A DNA stretch of 64,000 nt, from the NCBI GenBank assembly GCA_022820665.1, contig JAJEFB010000004.1, positions 60,870-124,869 of the forward strand, written 5' to 3'. The notes under the pieces were generated by a model. The model had not been told where the DNA came from. It was given only the letters and a program-made list of their open reading frames with translations, and did not search any database. Origin of the DNA: Anaerolineae bacterium (GTDB lineage Bacteria; Chloroflexota; Anaerolineae; Aggregatilineales; Phototrophicaceae). The position numbers were made by a program, and so were the translations under genes. Positions 10,184-19,540 of the stretch are shown piece by piece (positions within the stretch are counted from its first letter, which is position 1; each line of letters starts with the position of its first letter).

Positions 10184-11128
10184 ATGCCGCGCAAAATCAT
10201 CATTGATACCGACCCGGGCGTTGACGACACCATGGCGATCTTCTTCGCCTTGTGCTCGCCCGAGCTGGAAGTGATCGGCTTGACCACGATCTTCGGCAAT
10301 GTGCATACCGAGTTGGCGACCAAAAACGCGCTGCGCTTGCTGGAAATCGCCGGCCGGTCCGATATCCCGGTTGCCCATGGCGCCGATAACGCGCTGACCG
10401 GACCCTTCGAAGGTCCCGTTCCTTTTGTGCATGGCAGCGACGGGCAAGGCGATATCTTCCTGCCGGACCCGGCTGGCGCGCCGCTAGACATCAGCGCGGC
10501 GCAGTTTATCGTCGAGCAACTGCGCGCGCATCCCGGCGAGATCACGCTGGCGCCGGTTGGTCCCTTGACCAATATCGCGCTGGCGCTGCGCCTGGAGCCG
10601 CGCATCACCGAGTGGGTCGATCAGGTGGTGCTGATGGGCGGGAACGCGCTGGCGCCGGGCAATGCCAGCCCCGCCGGCGAAGCCAATATCCGCAACGATC
10701 CGGAAGCGGCCGATCTGGTATTCGGCGCCGATTGGCTCGTGACCATGGTGGGCTTGGACGTGACGCACAAGGTGCACATGAAGCCGGAAGACATCGCCGA
10801 ATACGAGAGACATGGCAATCCCATGTCCGACCATATCATCCGCATCCTGCCGCACTATCGCAACTACTTCGAATCAAGCTATCCGGCGGAGGGGATCTTC
10901 GTTCACGATTCCAGCGCCATCGCCTATATTCTCGATCCGTCGCTATTCGAGACCAAGCGCTGGGCGATCCGCGTCGGTACGCAGGGCTTGGGACGGGGCA
11001 AGACCTGGCCCGCCTTCGGCAAGCACATATTGCCGCCCTGGCAGAATCGGCCGCTGGTCAATGTCTGCGTCGACGTCGATGGTCCCCGCGTGGTGGCGCT
11101 GGAAGCCCAGCGCCTGCGGGACGCGTAA
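10184..11128 (+). CDS. Nucleoside hydrolase (IUNH family)
   Basis: MPRKIIIDTDPGVDDTMAIFFAL... with the DTDPGxDD motif. 314 aa. Confidence 0.9.
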   Translation: MPRKIIIDTDPGVDDTMAIFFALCSPELEVIGLTTIFGNVHTELATKNALRLLEIAGRSDIPVAHGADNALTGPFEGPVPFVHGSDGQGDIFLPDPAGAPLDISAAQFIVEQLRAHPGEITLAPVGPLTNIALALRLEPRITEWVDQVVLMGGNALAPGNASPAGEANIRNDPEAADLVFGADWLVTMVGLDVTHKVHMKPEDIAEYERHGNPMSDHIIRILPHYRNYFESSYPAEGIFVHDSSAIAYILDPSLFETKRWAIRVGTQGLGRGKTWPAFGKHILPPWQNRPLVNVCVDVDGPRVVALEAQRLRDA

Positions 11129-11139
11129 GGGCGCGAGCT

Positions 11140-12183
11140 TCAGACTGGTATTGGGCGCGCCTGCCGCGCCACGGTCAACTCCCGCATGCGCTCGAAGACA
11201 TCCACGCCCAACTGGTCATAGATATGCAGCAGGTCGACCAGTACCCAGTTCTCACGGATCATTCCACGTTCGCAGCGCCAGAAATCCAGGCTGCGGCGCA
11301 GCAGCTTCTGCCCAGCCGGCGCGATGCCCAGCCAACCGTCGCCGACCAGCGTCGACTGACCGCCGGGCCAGGCAGTAAAACCGACATATTCATCGTCGCC
11401 GAACATGACGCCTTTCTCCAGGAAGGCGAAGCGATCAGGCATCGCTTTCAGGAAAGGCGTCTGATGCCAGTTTCGGAAGCCGGAGACGCGCCTCATGGAG
11501 CCGATGCCGGCCGGTCCATACCACATCATCTTGGGGTGCCAATGGCGATCCAGTTGCATTGCCTCGACGCCCTTGGGCGAGTTGCGCAGCGCTTTCAGCA
11601 TATCCATTACCAGTTGTACGCTGGCATCTGCTTTTGCCTGATCATAGGGCGCGCTGACAATACCGTCATTGGAAGCGGGACCGGGGATTGTCGCCCAATC
11701 CGGAGCCAAACTCGGCGTCAGCGGCCAGGCAGCGGCTTGCATCATCAGGGCGGGAATATCCCAGAGCGCCTGCATCTCTACAATCTCGCCGTCGACGAAG
11801 CGGAAGAATTCGTGATAGCGCATCGCCACCATATGCTGCGTCGGCGGAATATCCAGCCAGGGCTGTTCAAAGACGCCGACATAGTGCCCGCCGCAGCCGA
11901 CCCAGTCGCCGCTCCACTGGCCCGGAGAATGACCAGCCATTACAATGAAATCGCGCCGTTCCAGATCCGGAATGGCCTGAATCAGCGGCAGATAGGCGCG
12001 CGCGACTAATTCCGCGGGCCCATCGAGATCTTCGAAAGGAGAAGCGAGATGAACCTTGCAATCGCGAGCGAAGATTTCGTTCAATTGCTGTAGCAATTGC
12101 GCCGGCTCGATATCGTACAAGGCGGCGCGCAGCGCGTTGATGCGCTGCTTGTTAAGATTGTGAATGCTAAATGTAATGCTCAC
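11140..12183 (-). CDS. Fused double SnoaL/NTF2-like ('ester cyclase') protein, subfamily A (P1)
   Basis: 347 aa in two halves, each with SnoaL-like features (AIPDLERRD...; DFWRCERGMIRENWVLVDLLHIYDQLG). C-terminus similar to P3. Confidence 0.75.
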   Translation of the reverse strand: MSITFSIHNLNKQRINALRAALYDIEPAQLLQQLNEIFARDCKVHLASPFEDLDGPAELVARAYLPLIQAIPDLERRDFIVMAGHSPGQWSGDWVGCGGHYVGVFEQPWLDIPPTQHMVAMRYHEFFRFVDGEIVEMQALWDIPALMMQAAAWPLTPSLAPDWATIPGPASNDGIVSAPYDQAKADASVQLVMDMLKALRNSPKGVEAMQLDRHWHPKMMWYGPAGIGSMRRVSGFRNWHQTPFLKAMPDRFAFLEKGVMFGDDEYVGFTAWPGGQSTLVGDGWLGIAPAGQKLLRRSLDFWRCERGMIRENWVLVDLLHIYDQLGVDVFERMRELTVARQARPIPV

Positions 12184-12217
12184 CCCTAGTCCAATTCAAG
12201 CGCGCGCTGGACGGCGC

Positions 12218-13402
12218 TCAATCGCGAAAGATCTGCTGCATCACGGCGAATTCATTGAAGAGCATCCATTCCGCCGCGATCGCGCCGTCGACGATCCGGT
12301 GTTGGGAAATGCCCCACATTGTGATTTGCCGTCCGGTCGGCTGCCCGTAGATGCCATTGCCGCGATGCGAGCCGGCGATGCTCCAGCGCACTGCGGCCAG
12401 GTAGCCCTCGTCGTCATTGCCCATCCAGTAGATATCGTCGATTGTCAGCGCCAGATCGGGGAACATCGCCAGAATCGACAGGACATAGGACTGATAATCG
12501 CCGCGCCCGCTGAAAGCGCGCCCGGTCGAGCCTCTGAATTGCAGCGACTGATGGTAGGCGCGCCTGACATCGTTCAGCATGCGCCGGTTCCAGATGTTGT
12601 GGTAAGTGCGGCGAATGAACTCCTCGACATCGAATCCGTCGAATCCGCTGGCGCTGTTCGGCAGCAGGTAGGCCGGCTTGCCTTGTCCGGGCAGGCGCTC
12701 CCCTTCGCCGGCGACTTCACTGTCGGCTCCGCTTTCCATCTGGTTGCCGAACTCCCGCGCCATCTCGCGCAGGTCAAAACCCAGTTGATGAATCAAACTG
12801 GCGGTATCGTAGATCACCCATTCCTTGAAGATTTCGTTTTCTAAGGAAACACAATTGGCGATGCACCAAAGCAGCACTTTCTTGCCCGTCGGCGGTCCAT
12901 AGCGCGAGAAGCCGGTATTGTGCCCGCTGATGACCGTGCGGTGCGAGGTATGGAAGCCGCTGACATCGTCCCCCGCCCAGATGATCTCATCTGCGAACAA
13001 GCGGATATCGGGGAAGGCATTGATGGTGTGAACCGTGTCGGCGACGATCTTCTCGCTGCCGTATTGCAAGCCATAGTCGTCGTAAACGCGCGAGTTATGT
13101 CGATAGGTGTCGTAGATATAGCCGATGTCCTTTTCTTCCCAGATCCGGTGGGTGATGCGCACGATATAGTCGATGATGTCGACATAGGTATCTTCAAAGC
13201 CGCGCATGCTTTGCAGGCGCTCATTGCCCGGATTCAGCAGCAAATTGTCAGTACCGCCTTTGGCCGCCAGCGAGATTGAAAAGTCGGGCGGCATGAAGCG
13301 CACGTTGCTAGGACTAGCGGCGTCGTCCGGCGAGTTCTGGCTGGCGTTCGCTTTACGCTCGTCCGCTGGTGTTTGCTCATTGGCCATGGCTTGCCCTCTC
13401 AT
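12218..13402 (-). CDS. Fused double SnoaL/NTF2-like protein, subfamily B (P2)
   Basis: 394 aa. ITHRIWEEKDIGYIYD...AFPDIRLFADEIIW...EWVIYDTASLIHQLG, then a second repeat ending MFPDLALTIDDIYW...AEWMLFNEFAVMQQI. Paralogous to P5 (26261..27256). Confidence 0.75.
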   Translation of the reverse strand: MRGQAMANEQTPADERKANASQNSPDDAASPSNVRFMPPDFSISLAAKGGTDNLLLNPGNERLQSMRGFEDTYVDIIDYIVRITHRIWEEKDIGYIYDTYRHNSRVYDDYGLQYGSEKIVADTVHTINAFPDIRLFADEIIWAGDDVSGFHTSHRTVISGHNTGFSRYGPPTGKKVLLWCIANCVSLENEIFKEWVIYDTASLIHQLGFDLREMAREFGNQMESGADSEVAGEGERLPGQGKPAYLLPNSASGFDGFDVEEFIRRTYHNIWNRRMLNDVRRAYHQSLQFRGSTGRAFSGRGDYQSYVLSILAMFPDLALTIDDIYWMGNDDEGYLAAVRWSIAGSHRGNGIYGQPTGRQITMWGISQHRIVDGAIAAEWMLFNEFAVMQQIFRD

Positions 13403-14388
13403 AAACCATTTTCATTGCGATAGTCGCGGTAGCGCTCGAATACGTCAATGCCCATCTGCATGAACACGTCGATCATGTCAATATGGACCCAATTGCTGAT
13501 CAACAGATCGTCTTTTCGTTCCCAAAAGTCCATGATCCTCCAACGCAATGTCCGTCCCGTTGGCTCTTGACCGAGGAAAAAACCGTCATGAACCGCAACC
13601 AGGCTTGGCCAGCCGCTGGATACGGCGAAACGCCCCTCGGCATAGCGGGCATTGTGCGAGCCGCCCCAGGCTCCGCTCAATCCGCGCAAGAATTCGGTGT
13701 GAATTCGCTCCAGAAACTCTTGTAGACTGCGCGCCGTACCAACCCCGCTCGGGCTATTCCAGGTCATCTTCTCATCCCAATAGAGTGACATCGGCTGATC
13801 TTTGCGTACCAGCCCAAATAGCATCGACTCGATCAAGCGCAGGGTCTGCCGCGTTTCGGCAGGGTCTTGCACCGTGTTCAAGATACCGCTGCCGAATTTC
13901 ACAGGCGGTCGCAAGCCTTCCAAGGCTGGCGCATCCCAACCCAGATGGTAACCGCCTTGCTGCATAACATCCAGCAGGTCGAGCAGGAAATAAGTCTTGA
14001 CGATTTTGCCCGTTTCCAGCGACATAATTTCGCCGTAACGTATCTGCGTTTTTTCGCCAGTCGCGACGATGCCCAGCCAATCCTCTTCAAATGTGCCTTC
14101 GAGGTAGCCGGTCGCGCTCACCCAATTCTGATCTCGAAAAGAGCCGGCCAGGAGCACGTCGCAGCGGCGACGCAGATCCGGAAAGGATTGACGCAGGGGA
14201 ATCCACAATTTTTCGATTAGGCCATCTACGCCGTGAATGTCATTGAACGGTTGTGGTCCGTGCCATGCTATATCATTGTGGGTATAGGCTCTGACGATTT
14301 CCGGAAGTTTTTCCGCGCTTGATGCGTCAAGCTCGTTCCAATACTGCCGAATGGTCTCTCGATTGCGCTGGGCATTATGAACTGACAA
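13399..14388 (-). CDS. Fused double SnoaL/NTF2-like protein, subfamily A (P3)
   Basis: 329 aa. SFPDLRRRCDVLLAG... and MDFWERKDDLLISNWVHIDMIDVFMQMG. ATGA-type overlap with P2. Confidence 0.75.
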   Translation of the reverse strand: MSVHNAQRNRETIRQYWNELDASSAEKLPEIVRAYTHNDIAWHGPQPFNDIHGVDGLIEKLWIPLRQSFPDLRRRCDVLLAGSFRDQNWVSATGYLEGTFEEDWLGIVATGEKTQIRYGEIMSLETGKIVKTYFLLDLLDVMQQGGYHLGWDAPALEGLRPPVKFGSGILNTVQDPAETRQTLRLIESMLFGLVRKDQPMSLYWDEKMTWNSPSGVGTARSLQEFLERIHTEFLRGLSGAWGGSHNARYAEGRFAVSSGWPSLVAVHDGFFLGQEPTGRTLRWRIMDFWERKDDLLISNWVHIDMIDVFMQMGIDVFERYRDYRNENGL

Positions 14389-14467
14389 GTTATTTCTCCT
14401 TTTACTTAGATACCGACAGTCGGCTTTTCACTTGTATGCGTCTATCCGGCGCGCCCAGCTTGCGCAG

Positions 14468-15472
14468 TTAGCCCTTCACGGCGCCGGCCGCCAAGCCTCT
14501 CACTAGATGTTTTTGAAAGAACAAGATGACCACAATGATGGGAATGGTCGCCGATACCGAAGCGGCGGCCGCCAAAGTCAATTGCGCTGGATCTTCCGCG
14601 CCGGTGTAGCGTGAGATGGCAACGGGCAAGGTCCAATTGGTCTGCGTCAGCACCCGCACCAGCAAGAATTCATTATAAGCCAGCAGAAGGGTGAAGAGCG
14701 CGGTGGAAATAATGCCGGGCCAAGCGACCGGGACGATAACATTCAGGAATGAGGTCAGTCGATTTGCGCCATCGACCATGGCCGCTTCTTCCAGGTCCTT
14801 TGGCACTTCCATAAAGAAGCTGCGCAGCATCCAGATCGTGAAGGGCTGGTTGACCGCTACCAGCGCGATGACCAACAAAAGGTGTGAATCAAGCAGATTG
14901 AGCAGCGAGCCGATCCAAAAGTAAGGCAGTACAAAAGCCAAGCGCGGCAGCGCGCGGAATGCCAAGGCAGAGATCAAAATGAGCACAGCCGCCATACCGG
15001 CATATCGCGCCAGCGCGTAGCCCGCCAGGCAGCCGATGCTGATCGAGATGAGAATCGTGAAAACTGTGACGATAATCGTATTGATGAAATAACTATAAAA
15101 CTTCTGCATATAGACGAGTTGCGGTATCGCCCAGAGCAGCGCGCCGTAACCGACGAGGCAACCGATGTAGATCCATGCCGGGTTGACGGGGATGTAGCGG
15201 GCAAAGAGCATCAAACAGGTTAGGATCAAAGCCGCCGCCAGAATGAGGTAGCCGACCGCTGAACCGGCATCAGGCAGCGAGCGAATCCAGACGTCTTGGT
15301 AATTGGCCCAGGTCGGTTGGAAGATTAAGATCGGCGCGCGTGAGAAGGCGTCTTTGAAGGTCTTGAAGGACTGCAGCGCTGTCCAAAAGAACGGAACCAA
15401 ACTATATACAGCGAAAAGCAACAACACCGTATGAATGAATACCCGGCCAGCGGGTCTTCTAACTTTATCCAT
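14468..15472 (-). CDS. CUT1-type sugar ABC permease (MalG-like) with an extra two-helix insert
   Basis: EAA loop EEAAMVDGANRLTSFLNVIVPVAWPG. 334 aa, with about 60 extra residues carrying two hydrophobic helices between NYQDVW and FYSYFINT. Confidence 0.85.
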   Translation of the reverse strand: MDKVRRPAGRVFIHTVLLLFAVYSLVPFFWTALQSFKTFKDAFSRAPILIFQPTWANYQDVWIRSLPDAGSAVGYLILAAALILTCLMLFARYIPVNPAWIYIGCLVGYGALLWAIPQLVYMQKFYSYFINTIIVTVFTILISISIGCLAGYALARYAGMAAVLILISALAFRALPRLAFVLPYFWIGSLLNLLDSHLLLVIALVAVNQPFTIWMLRSFFMEVPKDLEEAAMVDGANRLTSFLNVIVPVAWPGIISTALFTLLLAYNEFLLVRVLTQTNWTLPVAISRYTGAEDPAQLTLAAAASVSATIPIIVVILFFQKHLVRGLAAGAVKG

Positions 15473-15475
15473 GAA

Positions 15476-16339
15476 TCAGCGGTCCGCGATCTGTTCTTTG
15501 TACATCAGACGCAGGAAGGGCACCAGCACAACCATGATGCCGATGACAGTGAGGATCGCCATCGCATTCGCTTTGCCCAGCCGCTGCACCTGCATGGCAG
15601 TGAGGAACGTATAGGTCATCACGGTATCGGCTTTGAATTGCGGGTTCAATTCGGATAGAACAAAGATGCTGTCGAAGACGCGATAAGCGTCCATAATTGA
15701 GAATAACAAGATGAAAACTGTCAAGGAACTGACATAAGGGATGACGATGTGGCGGATCTTTTGCAGGCGGCTTGCGCCGTCAATCGACGCGGCTTCGATC
15801 ATCTCCGCCGGCAATGTCTGTAAACCGGCGAAATAGACGACGATGGTGAAGGGCGTAACATACCAGATGCCGAAAATGATGATCAAAGTTTTGACCGAGG
15901 TCTCGTTGACGCGATAGCGGCTGCCCGTCAATTGCTGATATACCCAAGTCAGCAAACCGGAAGGTTCCCAGAGCTGCTTGAACATGATCGTGCCGATGAC
16001 CGGCACAATGATGAAAGGCAGCAGGAAGATCGACAGATAAACGCCGCGGACCAAGCCCGAGACTTGGTCGAGGAAGAGTGCGATGATGAAACCGATAACG
16101 ACCCAGCTCGGCACGACGATTGCCGTGTAAAGCGCGGTGAAGCTGAAGGAACGCCAGAAACGGGGATCTTCCAGTATTTCTATGAAATTGCGCAAGCCGA
16201 CGAAGTCCGGCTCGGTGATATTGCGGAAGGTCATGTACTGCGTACTTAGCCAGAGCGCCATCATCAATGGCACGACCATGAGGGCAAGCATCACGACGAT
16301 GCTTGGCGAGGCGAAAGCGAAGAAAGTATTACGCTTCAC
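15476..16339 (-). CDS. CUT1-type sugar ABC permease (MalF-like)
   Basis: EAASIDGASRLQKIRHIVIP EAA motif. GTG start giving MKRNTFFAF... Confidence 0.85.
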   Translation of the reverse strand: MKRNTFFAFASPSIVVMLALMVVPLMMALWLSTQYMTFRNITEPDFVGLRNFIEILEDPRFWRSFSFTALYTAIVVPSWVVIGFIIALFLDQVSGLVRGVYLSIFLLPFIIVPVIGTIMFKQLWEPSGLLTWVYQQLTGSRYRVNETSVKTLIIIFGIWYVTPFTIVVYFAGLQTLPAEMIEAASIDGASRLQKIRHIVIPYVSSLTVFILLFSIMDAYRVFDSIFVLSELNPQFKADTVMTYTFLTAMQVQRLGKANAMAILTVIGIMVVLVPFLRLMYKEQIADR

Positions 16340-16460
16340 TGTTGATTCCGTTGCTTCTTCTCACCGAAACGTTTGTGCAGGGGCGACCTGGCAAGCCGCT
16401 CGAAATGGTATTGGCGGCGGCTGTGGGCGACGCACAGCGTCGCCCCTTTTTATGTAAACC

Positions 16461-16507
16461 GCGTCGCTCATGCGACGAGAAGGCTTGCTATTTTGCGTGA
16501 GCGCGAC
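16461..16507. repeat. Palindromic intergenic repeat (CGCTCATG...GACGAGAAGGCTT...TGAGCGCG family)
   Basis: By hand alignment, 36 of 47 positions match 47165-47210. Lies between the binding-protein and permease genes. Confidence 0.6.
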
Positions 16508-16567
16508 ATTCCTGTGACCTTTTCGCCGGTTACGCGCCGTGCGGCTCTGTCGCGTAGAGCGCGGACT

Positions 16568-17860
16568 TTAGCCCTCAATATAACCCTGAGCGGTCGCTTC
16601 GGTGATGTAGTCGGCCGCGGCGGCTTCCAGCGCTTCTTCGGCGGTCATGTCGCCGGGCCATACCAGCGGCAAATACTGCTCCAGCTTGGCGATGGCAATG
16701 CTGACGGCTGGGTTCACCGCATAGTTGCCGATGCCGTTGCCGATTGTCTCGTTGGCAGCCGGCAGATAGGGTCCGCCAAATTCGCCAGCCGAATTGCGCG
16801 TGGTTGAGCCGACGGCTGCGGCGGCTTGCTGGCTGGCGGCGTCGACCGTTTCCATGATGACCTGGAAGATTAGATCCGGGTCATTGGTGGTGTTGGTCGG
16901 GATGAAGTAGAAATCGAGCCAGGCAGAACCGGCGCGCGGACCGCCTTCAACGACGCTCGGTGCTGGCGCATAGCCAATAACATCGCCCAGGTCCGTGCGC
17001 TCGGGGTCGGCCATTGTGGCGGCGCGGCTAGCCCAGATTTTGGTCAGTGGCAAACCACCGTTGCCCATGGCGACCTGGATTTCGTTCAAGCCGTAGGCTA
17101 CGCCATCCGCACCGACACAGCGATTGACCGTCTCGATCATCAGATCGACAGCGGCCAGACCCTCGTCGCTATTGAAGGCGGGCATATTGTCGTCATCAAG
17201 GTAATCGCCGCCCATGGCGCGCAGCAGCATGAAGAACTCCAGTTCCCAGGCGCGGGCGCGCGACACGTCCATCGCATAGATCAATTCCCAGTCCGGGTTG
17301 CCCAAACCGACTTCGTCGCACCAATTGTGCAGGTCGTCATAGGTATCGGGGACTTCCCATCCGTTCTCTTCGAAAACATCCGCGCGGTAGACCAGGTGCA
17401 GCGTATTGCCCACCATGGGGATACCGTAGATATTGCCGTTGTAGCTGCCGCTATCCCAATAGCCGGGCGGGATATCGTCCAGGTCGTACTCGTCGCGATA
17501 TTTATCGATCAGGTCGTTGAGCGGCATGACCCAGCCGGGCGCGCCCCACTCGGCGATCTGACCGTTGGCGCCGTGCAGGATGTCATAGGGCGAATCCCCA
17601 CCGGCCGAAAGCGCCAGGCGCACTTGCTCTTGCAGCGATGAGGAATCCAGCAGGTTGGTGTTGATGGTCAGGTTGTCAACTTCGCTGCAGGCTTCCATTT
17701 CGGCAGCGTAGAACTCGGTGATGGCGAAGGGCCAACTGATCATCTCGATTTCGACAGGTTCCATCGGAGAATCGATATTGCAGGGGTCTCCGCTCTGAGC
17801 GAATGCCGGGATCGAGACGAACAATCCCAACAACAGCACTACAGATATTAACTTAGGCAT
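16568..17860 (-). CDS. Extracellular solute-binding protein family 1 (sugar-type)
   Basis: Start moved to ATG 17860 (MPKLISVVLLLGLFVSIPAFAQSG), which has AAGGAG 8 nt upstream. The track start at 17935 adds 25 unlikely residues. Confidence 0.85.
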   Translation of the reverse strand: MPKLISVVLLLGLFVSIPAFAQSGDPCNIDSPMEPVEIEMISWPFAITEFYAAEMEACSEVDNLTINTNLLDSSSLQEQVRLALSAGGDSPYDILHGANGQIAEWGAPGWVMPLNDLIDKYRDEYDLDDIPPGYWDSGSYNGNIYGIPMVGNTLHLVYRADVFEENGWEVPDTYDDLHNWCDEVGLGNPDWELIYAMDVSRARAWELEFFMLLRAMGGDYLDDDNMPAFNSDEGLAAVDLMIETVNRCVGADGVAYGLNEIQVAMGNGGLPLTKIWASRAATMADPERTDLGDVIGYAPAPSVVEGGPRAGSAWLDFYFIPTNTTNDPDLIFQVIMETVDAASQQAAAAVGSTTRNSAGEFGGPYLPAANETIGNGIGNYAVNPAVSIAIAKLEQYLPLVWPGDMTAEEALEAAAADYITEATAQGYIEG

Positions 17861-18004
17861 AACAGACTCCTTTTTTGATAGACTTCGAACATCCGTACAT
17901 TTCAAAAAGGCGCGCTTTCGGTGAGCGATCGCCACCTTTTCCTCATTCCGTTCACGCCGAGCTTAGGGCGCGTTTTGACACATTGCTATCGGCTTAGGCT
18001 CACA

Positions 18005-19045
18005 TTAAATTTTTGGATTCGGACCGGTGGATCCACGTACGATGAGTTCCACCGGGAGCGTATGTTGAATCGGCGCCCGCGGCTGTTCTTCGATCAGTTG
18101 CAGCAAACTCTCTACAGCCAGCCTGCCCATATCCGACACCGCCTGCCCAACGGTAGTTAAAGCCGGCTCGGTCACGCCAGAGGCCAAGATGCCATCGTAA
18201 CCGGCGATGGACAGATCTTGCGGAATGCGGATACTTTGTTCTTTTGCCAGCGAAAGGGCATTGATTGCCATGGGGTCGGTGAAAAACAGAATAGCTGTCG
18301 GTGGCGCGGGTTGAGACAGAAAGGTCCTGAACGACCGCGTATGGTAATGCGGATCAGTGGATTTTGCCGATATGACCAGCGACGGGTCATAAGCAATACC
18401 TGCGTCTCTCAACGCGCCCGCGTATCCCGCGTGTCTGTCGCCGTCGGTCTCGTAGACTTCCGGCAGCCTCTCGAAGCCAATGCGCCTGTGTCCCAAGGAA
18501 ATCAGGTGCTGCGTCAAGGCTCTCGCTCCCTGTACGTGATCGGCAGCCACAAAAGATATTCCGGCGTTTGAAAAGCGTCGCGGCAGGAAGACATGCGGCA
18601 TCTGCTCGTCCGCCATCAGCTGCGAGAGCGCCACCGTCTCGCTCGAGCCGGGCGGCCAGGCTACGATGATGCCGTCAACCTCGCGCGAGCGGCACAGGCT
18701 TTTGATCCTCTGCTCGTTGCCCGCCATAGAGGTATACAGGATCAAGTTATATTCGGCGTCTTCGGCAACCGCTGCCATGCCAGGAATGAGCTCGGCGAGG
18801 AAATCGGCGACTCTTTGAAAAGGATAATTGACGACCAGACCAAGTTTCTCCGTGCGCTGCCGGCGCAGGTTGCGCGCAGCTGCCGAAGGCTGATAGCCCA
18901 ATTCGTCCACTGCGCGCAAAACTCGCTCTCTGGTAGCCGACGAGACGTCGCTACGGCCATTTAAGGCTTTGGAAACGGTTGAGCGCGATAGGCTCAGCTC
19001 ATTTGACAGATCTTTGATCGTGACGGGCACCTTGCGTATCTCCAA
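18005..19045 (-). CDS. LacI/GalR-family transcriptional regulator
   Basis: N-terminal HTH VTIKDLSNELSLSRSTVSKALNG followed by a periplasmic-binding-fold body. Confidence 0.9.
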   Translation of the reverse strand: MEIRKVPVTIKDLSNELSLSRSTVSKALNGRSDVSSATRERVLRAVDELGYQPSAAARNLRRQRTEKLGLVVNYPFQRVADFLAELIPGMAAVAEDAEYNLILYTSMAGNEQRIKSLCRSREVDGIIVAWPPGSSETVALSQLMADEQMPHVFLPRRFSNAGISFVAADHVQGARALTQHLISLGHRRIGFERLPEVYETDGDRHAGYAGALRDAGIAYDPSLVISAKSTDPHYHTRSFRTFLSQPAPPTAILFFTDPMAINALSLAKEQSIRIPQDLSIAGYDGILASGVTEPALTTVGQAVSDMGRLAVESLLQLIEEQPRAPIQHTLPVELIVRGSTGPNPKI

Positions 19046-19077
19046 TTGCCCAAAAAACAGCGAAATCCACCACTAAT

Positions 19078-19097
19078 TTACGAAATCGATTTCGTAA
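19078..19097. promoter_or_regulatory. Perfect 20-bp palindrome, candidate LacI operator
   Basis: TTACGAAATCGATTTCGTAA, centred on CG as in LacI-family operators. Sits just downstream of the predicted -10 of the lacI-like gene. Confidence 0.45.
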
Positions 19098-19107
19098 TCT
19101 GAGGCTA

Positions 19108-19136
19108 AGTTTAACACGCTTGCTGAAGAAAAGCAA
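19108..19136 (-). promoter_or_regulatory. Putative promoter of the LacI-like gene 18005..19045
   Basis: On the minus strand: TTGCTT, 17-nt spacer, TAAACT. Positionally homologous to the stronger promoter upstream of the second lacI paralog. Confidence 0.35.
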
Positions 19137-19204
19137 GTGATACGGTATCATGTCAGGGCAATCGCATCAAATTGATCGAAGCAGATGAAACACGAAATCG
19201 TTAT

Positions 19205-19519
19205 CTATCGCTGCTCGGAAGCGATTTGCCGTAAACTGTTTTTGCTTGTATCGCGTTTGAGCAGATTCAAGATTATGGCGCGTAAGGTTGCCATGTTTTC
19301 GGAGCTTTCGCCGTCTCGGATGCGGGAATAATCCTCGCCGAAGGTGACATCCGGGATCCAGTGGTAGCTGGTTTCGATTGTCCAGTGTCGCCGCGTTGAC
19401 CTCAAGATCACTGCGGCAGAAGCCTTAAGGCTACTGATATAATAGGCATTCTGGCGTCGAATCTGCCCGTTATGACGGCGCTCTCGCTGGACCCGGATAA
19501 TGCTGCGTAGGTCAGCCAT
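19205..19519 (-). mobile_element. ISAs1-family transposase, C-terminal ~100 aa remnant (5-prime truncated)
   Basis: YYISSL...RRHWTIETSYHWIPDVTFGEDYSRIRDGESSENMATLRAIILNLLKRD matches the conserved DDE C-terminal block of ISAs1 (H-repeat) transposases. No N-terminal ~270 aa is present. Confidence 0.75.
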
Positions 19520-19540
19520 CCCTGATAGTGTCGAATATAC

